From Salpingoeca rosetta (Eukaryota > Protista > Choanoflagellata), in the NCBI GenBank assembly GCA_033442325.1, contig JAWQFM010000009.1, forward strand, positions 1,736,351 through 1,800,350: DNA of 64,000 nt, read 5' to 3'. Below the pieces are notes generated by a model. That model made no database searches, was not told where the DNA came from, and saw only the letters and a program-made list of their open reading frames with translations. Positions within the stretch are counted from its first letter, which is position 1, and each line of letters opens with the position of its first letter. Positions 36,731 to 53,464 of this stretch are shown here, one piece after another. The translations under genes were made by a program, and so were the position numbers.

Positions 36731-36939
36731 TCTCCTCCTCCTCCTCCTCGTCGTCGTCGTCGTCGGAGGTGCGCAGTTCGTGTGTGTTTGGCTGCAGCTG
36801 TGTCTCGTTCGGCACAACCACCACTCTCTTGTTGCGTCTTCTTTCTTGCTTGGTTTTGCCACAGAGCAAAGGGGTAAATGCAGTTTTACCACACGCCGCA
36901 ATAATTTTTATTTTTTTCTTCCGTCCTTCAACTCGGCAG

Positions 36940-36948
36940 CTTGGCAAC
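36940..36948 (-). promoter_or_regulatory. RFX/X-box half-site GTTGCCAAG upstream of PACRG
   Basis: cttggcaac on +, right after an AT-rich patch. RFX sites are typical of ciliary gene promoters. Confidence 0.45.
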
Positions 36949-37166
36949 AACTCTCAAAGCACTGGCTGGTGTGTTCAGCAACGCAAACGCACACACACAC
37001 ACACACACAACAAACACCCTACCTTTTGCCTTGCTTCGTGCTCTCCTCTCAAGCATCAGCTCTCAGCTTCACTCCCGCTTGGCTTACTCGGTGTCACTCA
37101 CTGCCATTTCACCATCATCACCACACTTTGGTAGACAACACAACCAAAGAGAGATAGACAGACACC

Positions 37167-38902
<1,736 letters not shown>

Positions 38903-39458
38903 GCTCGTCCCCTCCCTCCACCTTGCATGTGTTCATGCTCTTTCCATCTCCACTTTTCGAATGTCTGTGAGTGACCTACTTGTTCTCTGTGTTGGTGTCT
39001 GCCTGCCTGCCCCACATATGCGTCTCGATCTCTGTTTGTCTGTTTGTGTGTGTGTTTGCCTCTGCTGATTCCATGGTTTCTGGACTTGTGTTAGAGCAAT
39101 GGCCTGGGTTGGGTGTTTATTGTTTGGTGTGAACTGCTGCTTCTTTGGGGTTGCCGTCTCTTACACGATGACGTATGCGCGACTGGTGCGAAGGAATGAG
39201 AGAGAGAGATGTAACACAAAGGTGGAAATGGCGCACTCAAAGCAGTTGGGCGTGCACTTGGGATTGCACTGTACAAGCACCTCGCATGCACACGCGCGTT
39301 CATGTGTATGTGTCCACTTTTCACCAGCACCACCACCATCTTGCAGTGCAATCATTCGCTGGCTCGTGCACATGTGCGGAATGCAATTCGTGTAATTTCC
39401 ATTCTCAATCAGCTACAACAAAATGCGTGTGTGTATTGTGTGTGCATTGTGTGTGTGT

Positions 39459-39534
<76 letters not shown>

Positions 39535-39545
39535 ATTGTGCACGT

Positions 39546-39729
39546 TCAAACTACGGACTCGAATACTTCATGTGCGCTCGTCGCCGGCGCTCCTGTATCC
39601 TCTTGCGGCAGCTGCAGCACTTCCGCCTGGTGCTGCTGTTGCTGTTGGTGCTGGTGCTGGTGGTTCTGTTGCTCTTCTTCATCAGCATCAAAAGCATCAT
39701 CATCATCATCAAAAGCATCATCATCATCA

Positions 39730-39781
<52 letters not shown>

Positions 39782-41773
39782 CACCACTGCCGTGCGGTTG
39801 GAACACAGCGCCCTCTGTCTTCAGCCGATCAGCGTGGCGACCACCACCAACACCACCATCATCGCCAACGTGACCACCAGCATCGCTGCTGGCTGTTGCT
39901 GCGTGCGAGGCAATCACGCGCTCGCGTGCGCCAATTGCATCCTGTGCAGTGGACAGTTCTTCCTCATACTCCTCCACCAGAACAGCGTCGCCCTGCAGTG
40001 CAATGAGGCACTGGCCCTGGTTCTTCTGCGAGTTGTCGAGCACGTCAAGGTGCTTGATGCGGCAGCCAATCAGCGCATTTCCCCCACGTGACCGCACGTG
40101 TGCACGCGCCATCGCCAGCACCTGGCACGTGGTCGATGAGCAGAGGGGAAGGGGAAGAGAGAGAGAGAGGGGGGGGGGGAGGAGAGGGACGGGAGTGGGG
40201 CAAGGCAAGGAGGATGTGAGAAAAAAAAACAATGGAAGCAAATAAATCAAGCTCAATCACCATACAGGCAGGCAGACACCAACACCCACACCCACACCCA
40301 CACCCACACCCACACCCACACCCACACCCACACACGCGCGCACACCCCCACACACACACACACACACACATGCCGTGTCATCAGGCCAATGCATCACCTC
40401 CTGGATGAAGCGTTGGACAAAGCTGCTGAGGCCGCCGGCGTCGCGGAGAGAGGCGGTCTCCTTGATGATGTACATGATGACGGGGCCAAGGTGCCGCAGG
40501 GTGTGCGCACCGGGCACAGAGTTGAGCGATGTCACCGTCACGGGCTTGTTGATTGTGGTGTTGTAGTCTGCGGTGCATGACAGGGTGGGGAATGTGGGGG
40601 TGGCAGAGAGAGGGTTGGAGGAGTGGTTGGGTTGCAGCGGCGATGTGGACGAGGTGAGGGTGGAAGCATGAAGCAAAGGGCGATAGACATGCACGTGCGT
40701 GTGGATGGATGCCGAAAATTGAGTGCAAAGCAGGATCAGTGTGCTGTCTGCAAGTCGTGGATACATGACAAGAGCGTCACACACATGAGTTTCATGGCGT
40801 ACCTGGTCGTGCAAGGGAACTCAACCTATCGGCTGCACACAGCAGAAAACGATGAAGGAAAGGAGCGAGGAGCAACAGGATGAGAGCATGAAAGGTGAAG
40901 GGTGAAGGATGAAGGGTGAATGGCAGGGGGGGGGGGTGATGTGAGACATGGCAAATGTCAGAACAGGGAACACGACCAGACGGAATGGACGAAAACAAAC
41001 AAACAAACAAACAAAAAAAAAAAACGCGCGGTGATGCACGGGACCCGTGCAATAAAGTGTAGGGTGCATCAGAAGTCACACTCACCACTCGGCTGATCCG
41101 AAACGCTCGAAGTCGGGTCTATGGATGAAACCACACACGATTTCGAGAGTGAGAAACGACAAGGTGGGAACGAGAACAGCAAACAAAAGCCTTGAGATGA
41201 CGCGTGGGTGCGTGTGTGGGCTTGTGCAAGCACAGATGTATATATGGCTATTCGAATGTCCACGCCGAAATTTGGATTCATGTGCGTGGTAATGACAACC
41301 TGTCGATGTTTGCGAAAGTTGTCGTTCCCGCACAGTCTGCAACCGAATGATGGAGGCTGTCACTAAAATCTGAACAGGGGGAAGAAGGAGAGGGGTGAGG
41401 TTCGCAGCAGCAGCAGCAACAGCACCACCACCAGCAGCAGCTGCGACAACAACAACTTAAACAACTTAAACAACAACAACGACAACACGTGCAGCAGCAA
41501 TAGAGTTGTCTTCACCTGGACTTCATACGACTCCGGGAGCGTCACACTCCAGCGCAAGTTGGCGATGAGGCACGGGCGGTGTTTCCTCATCTTGAAGCAA
41601 ATGGACGTCAGCAGGGCGTCGAACACATGTGCGAGCTGGTGGTTGACGGGCGCCTTTGGGTTGATGGTCGTCTTGTACACGGACATGACCTGGTCGACAA
41701 TGTCGCGCGGGGTGTACCCGTGCGTCTGCTCGATGCCGGGCACAACTTCAGTGCTGGACACGAAGAACCCTGA

Positions 41774-41863
<90 letters not shown>

Positions 41864-43073
41864 AAACAGGTAGACGGACGCGTACGGTAAGTCGTTTGCA
41901 ACGCAAGCACTCATCCCTGGCTGCGCAGATGTTGTTCACACTCGCAACCAAAACAAAACAAAAATGCAAAGCACAGACGTGCACTCGCACAGGGAGGAAC
42001 ACACACACAGATACACATACACACACACACACACACACAGATACACACACACACACGCGCGCGCACGCACGCACGCAGGCGCAGTGAGCCCACATACACT
42101 CTGCATCCCGCCATACACCCTGCACCGCACCCTCGGGGAGTTCTGCTTCCCACAGGGAGAGAACATCGTCGCTGTCCACGGAATCGTCGACTTCAACCAC
42201 TGCCGTCCGCTCATTGTGCGACGCAGCCGACACGGGCCTGTGGTGGTGGTGGTGGTTGTGGTGGTGGTGGTGGTGGGTGCACGAAGGTGTGCATGGGCAT
42301 GTGTATGGGTGTTCATATGCACGTGTCGTTGAGCATGCAAGCTTGGTGGATTGATGTGAAGGAAGCTGTGTCATGGTGGTATCAATGTGTGTGCTGTGGT
42401 GACTGCGTACATGTGGGGCGCCGCTGTTGCGTCGGATGTTTCTGCCTCTGCAAAATGCTGATATGGATGTCTTGCCTGGACACATGAACACAACGCCACG
42501 TGAAGGTGGAACGCACAAGAAAGTGCACTGAAAGGTGAGTGCGTGTACGTGACAGCATGCACGTATGTTCGTGCCCATCAGCGCACCAGTACGTGCACAT
42601 GTGTGTGTGCGTTGCATGTGCACGCGGGACGGGACCTTTGCGTGGCTGATGGCGGCTTTGTTTTCCGACAGCTTCTGCATGAGTGCCGTCATCTTCTCAA
42701 TCATGTCCACATCATCGCGGCCCACACCCTGTAGTCGCGGTCGTGGCGAATGGCAGCAGTGAACGCGCGCGCGCGTGTGCGTGTGTGTGTGTGTGTGCGT
42801 GTGTGTGAATTACTCAGCTGCAAACACGAATAAACACACATGCACACAAGTACACATGTGCACACGCACACGCTACGTACAGCACAAGGAAACAGCAGCA
42901 AGTTGCGCACACCATTGACTTGCGGAGGATTTGGAGTTCCGGCGGGAGTGGAAGACACGCGAGATGCACAGCCGTTGCAGTGGCGACAGCAACGCACATG
43001 TTCGTGCCAATGGTCACCTGGCATCATCATGTGAAAACGTAAGTGAGTTGGGCGAGTGAGAGGGTGTGTGTGC

Positions 43074-43165
<92 letters not shown>

Positions 43166-44106
43166 AAGTGTGAGCGAGCGGTTATCGTTCACGTGAAGAC
43201 ACCCCCCTTCGAGTAGTGCTGAGGTTGCAGGGAATGCCTGGCTCGGCGTGTGCAACAAATCGAGTACAAAACTGGCGTTGGCACTCGCACCTCAACGCGA
43301 AGATTAAAGAGCGCATTCATCGCCAGGACTTTGAGTTTGTTGTACAGCTGCAAGTATCGCAGTCATCGCCAGGCAACCGTGAGAACAGGGAAGGTGGTGT
43401 GTCTGTGTGTGCGTGTGTGTGTGTGTGTGCGTGTGTGTGTTGGGGGAGGGGGAGGCAGTGAAGAGGACACGCACAGCTGCAACTAAGTGAGCTTGGAATT
43501 GAACACATACACAGCGCACACAAAGTGGTGGTTATTCAGACACAAATGCACAACACAACACGCAACCTGCTGGTGAAGGGCGTATTCGAGGAAGGGCATC
43601 CCCTCCGCAAGTTCAGCGGCGGCATCGTAGCTGCCGTGTGTTTTGCGGCGAATGCGACACACGCGCGCCTGAATGAACGTCGCACAGCTGACGAGCGGCA
43701 CGTCGTCAGGCGGGTCGACTGGCGAAGGCGAAGGCGGCCGTGGTGATGGTGGAGTGAGGTGGAGGTACGGTGTTATGATGTTACTGCAGACACGTGCGCT
43801 TATGGTGGGGTACGTGTGTTGTTGTTTGGGTAAGTGAGAGTGGCTGTGTGTGCGCATCACGTTGCTTACTTGTGGTGAAGAGAATGTCCGCCACGAAATG
43901 GCCAGAGCGGCAAATCTGAACACGATACAACAGATGAGAGGAGAGCAATTGGGGCGGAGGGTCAGTACCTTCGAGCACCTCATTGCTGAAGCAACACGAG
44001 CTGTGGATCAGGATGCTACACGCTCACACGTCATGCTGCTGGACCCCACCCCACCCCAACAAATTGCTCACCACCACCACTTTCATCATCATCATCATCA
44101 TCGTCG

Positions 44107-44199
<93 letters not shown>

Positions 44200-45975
44200 C
44201 CATTACGCGTGATTGATGGCTGCTTCTCACCTCACAGGATGCAAACGATTCTGCGAAAGAGTCGACTGGCACGGACGGCGGGAGATGGAAGGGGGCGCAC
44301 GGCGGCTGGTCTGGAGTGCTCTCCTCGTGGTGGCCCTGAAGGATTGGCGTGGCATCAATTGTTGGTGTGGGTGGGGAGAGGGGCGCGTTCGTTTGTGAGG
44401 TGTGGAAACGACAACGAGCACACACACTCACACGCACACACACACACGCACATACACACATTACACTCACACACACACACACGCACATACACACACTACA
44501 CTGGAGAACATTCGCAACCACCCGCCCACATTCCTTCCATCCCACCCAACTTCCTCTACCTCAGCCGAAGCCAAGAGCGAAGAGACTGCACCACCCGTTG
44601 TTGTTGTTACAGCAGCGGCGGTGTTCGCATCTCCATTGCTGCCGGTGTTGGTGGTGTTGTTGTTCTTGTTGTGGTGGTTGTTGTTCTTGTTGTGGTGGTT
44701 GTTGTTGGTTCCGCCACTGCTGTTGTGGCTCACGGAGGTCGTGCCACCATCGTGCCCACCATGCTGACCGTGACCGTGGCTGTGACCGTGGCTGTGACCG
44801 TGGCTGTGGCTGTGGCTGTGTGTGTCGCCCTCTGGCGTTGGGGTGACAGGGGCCGGGAGCGACGAGTCTGCAGAGCTCAAGCGCCGCCGTCCAACGCGCC
44901 CCGCCGACGCATGCCTGATGGATCGTGGTGATGGTGCATGGACGGGTGGGTGTAAGTCATGGGTCGCTGGTGGAGGCGATGCAAGCAAGCGCGCAAAGTG
45001 ACGCGAGACGGTAGAGGCGTGTCTGTTCGACACATCACATCACATCACATCACATCACATCACATCACATCACATCACATCACACCACACCACACCAACC
45101 CCAAGGCAACGCCGTGCTGCGGGTCTATGTTGAGGATGGCCGCCGTGCCTGTTGGGGGGGGGGTAGTGGAAGCCAGCGTTTGAAGGAGACAGCCGATGAG
45201 AGGTGAATACATGTGCACACACACATACACGCACACACGCACACACGCACACACGCAAGCACACAGGGTACACAAGCACACACACACACACAGATCACGC
45301 AACACACACACACACACACACTCGTCCATCATTAACACATTCGCATTCATGTGTGCAACAGGAGGACACAAACCTGTTGCAGAGAGAAGACAGAGGTTGT
45401 CGCAGATGCTGGCTGTCTCTGAATATCCGATGACAGCGGTGTACCCAAGGCTCGCCGCGTGGCCGGCCACCTCGGTCCGCAGCTCAGACCACCACACGTC
45501 CCTGGTTGGTTCCCGGCAATTGCGAGATTGACGTGGCAGTGGGGCATGGGTGGGTGGATGAGTGGATGAGTGGAGATGCGTGTGAGTGAGGAAGGTGAAG
45601 AGAGGGTGAGTGAAGAACTACAAGTGCCAGGACAGGCCCATCAGTTCTACATGACGCCAACAGCAGCTCGTGATAAGCGGTGGTTATGCAAGGCACGAGC
45701 ACGACGATGCCGACTGTCCACCGACCTCGTGTCGGTTTCGTCCGGATTCTCCATCTTGTCCAGCAGTTTTACAGCTCGCGCCGTCACCACTCCACCTGTA
45801 CACGCACGCAAGTTCACACACATTTACGCACACATGCTCACACATTTACACACACACACACATGCACATACAAGTACATACATGCACAAACACGCAAACA
45901 GCGAGAAAGCAGGAGCGACAGAGCAAGGACATGACGTTAATATGAGGGGCGTGCAGATGGAGTGCCAAGCTTGCT

Positions 45976-46055
<80 letters not shown>

Positions 46056-46216
46056 TGTGACGCACCGACGCTGAGGAGAAGAGTATCCGGCAGACTGCAC
46101 AATGTGATGAGCGGGATGTTGGAATCGGGCGCCGTCACAGATGCAAACCGCTCAACGCCTAATGATGCGCGTGGGGAAAGGTGACACGTGAGCTGGAAGT
46201 GACCATGCATGTAATG

Positions 46217-46290
<74 letters not shown>

Positions 46291-47444
46291 CCATGGGTGA
46301 CCCTGGGCGAACCACGTTGTCGCACTTTGAAAGGACAGGTCGGCTGGTGCGGACGCCTGTGCCGGCAGCTGCGACTGCTGTTGTTGATGCTGCTGCTGGC
46401 TATGGGGGTGCGTGTGTGTTGAAGTGTCGTGATGTCGGCGTGGCTCCTGTGGAAGCGACGGAAGCGCCGCAACAGAGGCGAGAAGGCGCGATAAAACGAC
46501 GCAGCATGGCAAAAGCGAATGAATGAATGGACGGACACGTCGGCAGTGTTAGTGAAGGCCTGTTTTGCGTGTGCATTGTGCGTTGTGCGGTGCTTGCGTG
46601 TGTTTGCGTCATGACAAACATGTCGGTGAGGAAATGAAATCACAACTCACCGGTGATTGCGTGGTGTTCACGGGTCTGGATCGAGAGAACAGCGACGCCA
46701 GGACAATGGTGGCGGCGGTGGAGTGTGCATGCCAAGTGTAAAGGAAGGAAAACAAAGGAATCGTGAGAATGAACGAGCATCATTCACGTGACTGCACACA
46801 TGAGTCCTCAACCCACTTGCTCCAAGTACCACCACCACCACCACCACTCCCAGCACTACTCTCACTCTTCACAGCCACGACGACGCGCAACGTACGGCGG
46901 TGCGAGCTTTGCGGCAGGCGGAGCGGCGGGCAGGTCTGTGGGCGCATCCTCAATGATGACGGCTGCGGTGCCAATACCGCGGGCAACGAGACCAGAGTCG
47001 CCCTCCAAGTCAAAGAGTTGCCGGTACCCAATCACCGCATTCGCCTTCATGTCAATCGCCTGTCGCGCGCGTGTGTGTGTATGTGTGTATGTGAGCGCCC
47101 CCCCGCGCGCGCGTGTGTGTGTGTGTTGGCACGATGGATTCAATGGTGTGAGAGGCGATGTGCGAAGAGATCAAACAACACCGTCCACCACCATCATCAA
47201 CACCACCATGGCTGCGGACCTTCCTGCCGATCCTGCGCTGGAGTTCGCCGGCAACGGTAGCAAACACGTGCTGGCGCGCCTGGTTGGACTGCCGCGTGGG
47301 GCGCACCCGGTCAATCCACTGGCAGCAGGTGCACGCGTATGCTTCGTGTGAGGTGGGGCACTTGCGATGGTGACAGTGGTCATACCTTTTTTTTTTTCGC
47401 AAACAGCAACAAGAACACGTGCAGGCAAACATGCACACACACAC

Positions 47445-47500
<56 letters not shown>

Positions 47501-48836
47501 ACACACAAACACACAGACACAGACACACGTGTGCGTGTTACCTGGTATTCCGGATCGTCATTGACGATGAGTTCTTCCACAAGACCGCGCACAGCCACAA
47601 TCTTGTAGCACTACAGATGCGCCGCAAATGGGCAGGCAGGTGAGGTTACAAGCAAGCCCGTCGCCAGAACACACACACACACACATGCACACACGCACAC
47701 ACACATACACCTCACACACACATTCTCTGTCTCTCTGTCTCTCTGTCTCTCTGTCTCTCTCTCACTCTCTGTCTACCTTTGGGACGGCCATGGTGGAGAA
47801 GAAGGACACGCCCACGGACGTGTCTCTGTACTTGTGATGGTTTCTGCAGTGCCACCAGCCATGGCACAGGCGCAACAGGACCGTGCAAGGAAGGGGGTGA
47901 GTGACCAAGGCTTGGAGACGGCGAACTTCATATGTGTGTGTGTGTGTGTTTGTGTGTGTGTGTGGTAGCAGCAGGGATGGACAAAAACGTAGTCCATTAC
48001 TGACTTGAAGAGATCGACTTTGACGGTGACGGCGACAGAACCGCGAACTCCTTTTAGCGTGTCGTAGATGGGGAACCATCCACTTATCTGCACGTTCGAA
48101 AACACGCACCCTTTTTGATGAGCAAATCCAACAGCTGCCCCCCCCCCCATACACACAGCGGGTGTTCCGCTTGCATCAAACATGGGATGATTTAACCCAC
48201 CTGTGAGCCGTTGTAGGGCCCAAGTGGCATCAGGTCGATGATCACCTGCACAAGAACACCAACACCACATGCCCACAAACACCACGAAGCGCATGTTCAC
48301 ACCAACATCAGCAACAGCTGCAGGTACGCACAAAGCGCGTGTGCCGCTTGTTTTCAAGTTCAGTGAGTGCCATGCAACCGCATCTCATGGATACAGGAAC
48401 ACAAGCATGAAATCGTCCACGCACCTGGCCGATGACATCGTCTGTGCCGATGCGGTCGTGATCCCAGACGTTGATCTGAATGATGGTGGTAAGCAAGGCG
48501 CAGGCACAATCGTCAGCCACTGTGAGCAGCAAGAACTGGCACGTCGCTCGCCCATTCGGTGTATGACATCACAGGAAGTGAAGCAGCAGTTGCAAGTGGA
48601 AAGCAAGCACGTCGCTGTTGCATTACCTCCAGCACTTCGTCCTGGATGTCTTCGTCATCGACCTCCAACCGAAAGTCCTCGTTCCACACCGGGTTCAGTG
48701 TTTTCTTGACCGTCTGCGTCTTGCGCGTGAGCGTGTGGAACTTGACCTCGACGTACGCATCCGTCAGCTGTGTGGACGAGTCCATCACGGGGAGGTCCCG
48801 TGCCTCGTGCACCTGCACCTTCAGGATCGCCGGCAT
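39546..48836 (-). CDS. C2CD5: C2 domain-containing protein 5 (CDP138), many exons
   Basis: MPAILKVQVHEARDLPVMDSSTQLTDAYVEVKF, ISGWFPIYDTLKGVRG, GLVEELIVNDDPEYQ, ANAVIGYRQLFDLEGDSGLVARGIGTA, WWSELRTEV, ARAHVRSRGGNALIG. Confidence 0.93.
44083..44199 (+). repeat. (CAT)n intronic microsatellite
   Basis: Directly visible. Confidence 0.95.
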
Positions 48837-49097
48837 CCTGCCTTACGGCTGCCTTCTTCAGTGTGCGCCTGCGCCGAGTGATGTGATGTGATGGTGGTAC
48901 TTTGAAGCAGGCGAGGTTTGGTTCGTGCTTTGCCTCTTTCTCCATATGGGGTCACGTTTTTTTATGTATATTTTCTACCAATCTTCCACAATGAGCCAGC
49001 AGCACAAGCGAGCGAGAGGCGTTGCCTGTGCTTGTGTGTGTTGCGTGTGTGCTGCGTGCTGGTTCAAGGTGTTGGCTTGCCGCTTGCCACTTGCTGC

Positions 49098-50023
49098 TCA
49101 CTGGTCTTGCATGTGGTCGTTGTCGTCATCGTCGAGAGCAGCCATGATGCTCTCCATCACTCCATACAGCCTGCCAGCACAAAGAAAAGAGGGAAGAGAT
49201 GAAATGGGCGGCGTGTGAGGTGAGGTGTTCTGGTGGCAGATGCAACACATATGCAGTGCGCAACGGGGACACGCACCGCACAACAAAACACGCACGACAT
49301 GGCATCCAAACAATAAATTCTTGACCCTTCAGCACGCATGAAACGCACTCGCTGTTTGAAATGTCGTCCTGTGCGCACGCGCGCGCGCAAATCATGCAAA
49401 AGGCGGGGAAAGAGCAAGCAGTGGGACATGTAGTGTGAGATGTGAAACACACAGGCAGCCGTTCACGAAACCGAGCAACGCATACAGAGGGCACTGAAAA
49501 TACATACACACATACACATACACAGAAGTTGTGGCAATAACAGGACCACCACCACCACCACAATCAGCACACCTCGTCGTTGTCCATGGCGTCATGGTAC
49601 TGCTGTTGATGCGCATGATATTGGTCGCCACCGTCGTCGTGGCGATAAGCGGCCGGGCCAGCAGTATCAACGCTCACGTGCGGCTGTGCACTGAGGAGGC
49701 GCTGGCTCGCGTCCACCGTCGCTTGGAACGTGAGCACATTCCCAGTCACTTCGCACCACAGCGGTGGCGGCGATGGGGATGGCGTGTCATCTGGCGTGGG
49801 TGCCCCGGCCATATTGGACAGGGCGACAGCAGCGGCGACGACGGCTCTGTTGTGCACAGCAGCGGCCGTCTCGGGTCCCGTGCGCATCTCCACCCGCGGC
49901 AGCTGGCAATTGAAGAGGGGACAGGGTGGAGATGGATGTGTCAGCTGCGCGATTATTTGGTTGTATTAACCGCAGCGCACGCAACACCTCAAAGTAAACA
50001 CACACACACACACACACGCACAC

Positions 50024-50099
<76 letters not shown>

Positions 50100-51078
50100 C
50101 ACAACACAACACACCTCGAGGTCTGCGAAGAAAGGGTGTGTGGTGAGCGGGGAGAAGCCGAGCATGGCTACGTCTTCAGGGAGGGCGTTGGCCTGAAGCA
50201 GCAACAGCGGCAGTTGCGTATGAGAGGTGGTGGCAAGATGCGGGTTGTGTCTGCGCGCGCATGTGTGTGTGTGTGTGTGTGTGCGCGTGTGCGTCTGTGT
50301 ATCTGTGTGTGCATGGGCAACAGCTTACCGATGGCTGCCGCCACTGCATGAGGGCCTCTGGTTGCGGTGGTGTGTGCTGTGCATGGCGAGTCGCCAGCGA
50401 AGCAAACGCCTTCCAGAACCTGAAGACAATGAAGCAATGACATAAGACCAGTCAATGAAGCAGTGGCAATTGTCGTGCAAACCGGTATGAGCAGACACGC
50501 AATGCAAAACAAAGGTGCGCGGTCAAAGAAGCAGCAGTTGCGACTCTCGGATGTGCGGTTGCGTGCGTGCGTGTGTGTGTGCGTGCGTGCGTGCGTGGGT
50601 GTTGTGGGCCAATACGTGTGTGTGATGTGCAGGGAAGAGTGAGGCGCTGCGGGGTCATCGCTGCTGCATCGAAGGAGTGGAACTACAGCACGTGCGTTGG
50701 CCTGCAACCAGTTGCTCGCAATCTGCCAGCAGTTGGCGCCAAGTGCAGGAGCATGAAATCGACAAAGTTGCGATGAGGTGCACGATTTCAACACCTAGGT
50801 GCTGCTTGCACTCACAATGACCGCAATTGCACACAGCCACCAATCCGCCAGTTGGTACAGTGCATCAGCAGTAGTGCATGCCAACACCACCTTGATTGGG
50901 CCCAGGGTGCACGCGGTGGACATCTCAGCCTCGAGCGAGACCTGACGGCGGGGCATGGTGGCGGCGACAAACGACGTGAGGCAACGAGGTGTTGGCAGCA
51001 GGCATGCGCAGGGAGAAAGCGCACACACGCACCACGAAGGCAGACACACATGCACCACGAAAGCAGAAGCACACGCAC

Positions 51079-51123
<45 letters not shown>

Positions 51124-52130
51124 TAGACAGACAGACAAACGAATGTACGCACACACACACACCAAACGCTCCTCTCCTCTTCCCAAATGCGACGTACGAA
51201 GACGTTGACGAGGTCGAACAAGAGCTCAAGGGCGGTGCAGAATCGGTCTGGTGCATTCGCGCGCGTGTGTTCAACAGAAAACAGCGAGTACGAGAGCAGC
51301 TGCAGTGGCAGCATCGTGTTGGTGCTCGGATCGTTGTCGGCGGTGGCACATGCAACAGGTGGCTGCTGCTGTGCAGTGTGGGGGTGGTTGCGCAGTGCGC
51401 ACTGCTTGATAATGCGGGCGAGACGCGTGAACACACGCGCGTTTGCCGGCCGCCACGCCCGCCATAAAAGGCCATCGAATCCTGCAAAGAAGGCAAGTAG
51501 CGTTAGGTGGTGTCTGCATCACATGCACTGTCATTGAGATCACGATGCCTTGCCTCATGTTGTGCGTACTCTGTGCGTGCACGTGCAAGTTACAAATCAG
51601 GCAGCCACCCACGAAACCGCACACACACACATATGCATGCACGTACATGCACACACACATGCACGTACCTTTGTTGAAGAAGAGGCAGGTGTGGAGATAG
51701 GCAAACTGGTGAAGAACAGTGTGCATGTGCGCAGCCGTCAAGTCTTTTGTGCGCGAGTGCGTGTTTTGCTTCGCTGCACGTGTGTCGCCGCGCTGGCCGG
51801 GGAGAAGGCGGCGGGGGCGACCAGGCAAATCACCATTGCCACCGCCATTGCCACCGCCATCATCATCGCCATCATCATCATCATCATCCTCATCTTCATC
51901 ATCATCATCTGATTCGCTCATGTTCACATCATCGTCATCGTCATTGTCATCGTCCTCGTCATCCACAATGTCCTGGGCCGTGTCCTGTGCGCAGCGCAGC
52001 GGCATGCACAGTGGTTGCCAGTTGCCAGTGAGCACACCGCCACGCTGGGTCGCGCACAGCTCAGACTGGCGCTACAGCCCCACATACACGACAGGTGTGG
52101 AACACACGTTCACACACACAGGTTCACACA

Positions 52131-52162
<32 letters not shown>

Positions 52163-52176
52163 CATACGTTCACACA

Positions 52177-52228
<52 letters not shown>

Positions 52229-52442
52229 TTCCCGACATCATTACACAATCCCTGCGCCGGCCCCACGGTGCTGCACTGACTGCGATGATGCGGAAGAGCT
52301 TGGTGAGGTTTTCAACGGGGCTGGAGAACGACTCACGCGCACACAGGTTGCGGATGTAATAGTACCCTGACCGTGGCGGTCGCAATGGTGGCGGTGTGGT
52401 GGCTGTTGGTTGAGTGCGAGTGTGACAGGAAGTACAAAGCTG

Positions 52443-52500
<58 letters not shown>

Positions 52501-53117
52501 TGCGCTCAGCACACGCGCGCTGCACCTGCTGTGAAGAAGTCGCGATCGTACGTAACGAGGACAGCGAGCTGGTTGTATGCGGACCCGTTGCCTGGAAGCA
52601 TGTGCAGGGCTGACGTGTAATGACGACGCGCAACACCAAACTGCACCGCTTTCTCGTCCACGCCCGCACCGCCCGTGCTCTGCAAACACACACGCACACG
52701 CACACAATGCACAATGCACAATGCACAATGCACAATGCACAATGCACAAATTAGTCCGTGGCTTGGCAAGAATGCCTCAGGCAACTCACTTCCCTCCACC
52801 ATCGCCACCACGTCGCTACCATCCCGTTGCCACCACCACGTTGTCACCGCCACCGCCACCATCACCACTGTTGCAACCCCGTACACCTCCCCTCACCCCA
52901 CCTGCTTCTTCCGCGCCCTGGCGGCGGCCTGGCCCGCGTATCGAGCGAGATCGCCCGCGTGGATGAGCGACGAGTGCACTATCAGCAGCGCAGCGTGCGA
53001 GGATGCATTCACAGGGCTGTCCCATCATGGCGCGATGGCACGATGTGGTGGTGGTGGTGATGATGATGAGTCACGCGAGCTAACCTCAGCGGCACCCTCA
53101 TGTGCCACGCAGAGACA

Positions 53118-53193
<76 letters not shown>

Positions 53194-53419
53194 CAGCCTT
53201 TTGGCTGAACGTGAGAGGTGGGGCTGACCGTGGGAAGTGGGGCATGTTCTGCTGCGTAAATCCGAACGGAAGCGCCGGCGGCGTCGTGGGTACGAGGTGA
53301 AAGCACTGCTGTAGCTGATGCACGAAACTGAAACAGCACCAAGCATGACGAGGTGGTGTGATGGATGAGCTGCTCATGGCAACAGGAATGCACCAAGCTC
53401 AGCAGGAGTGTGCATGTGT

Positions 53420-53464
<45 letters not shown>

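Noticed and set aside
44070-44212. Poly-His (or poly-Met/Ile) ORF
   Set aside because: A (CAT)n tract inside a C2CD5 intron.
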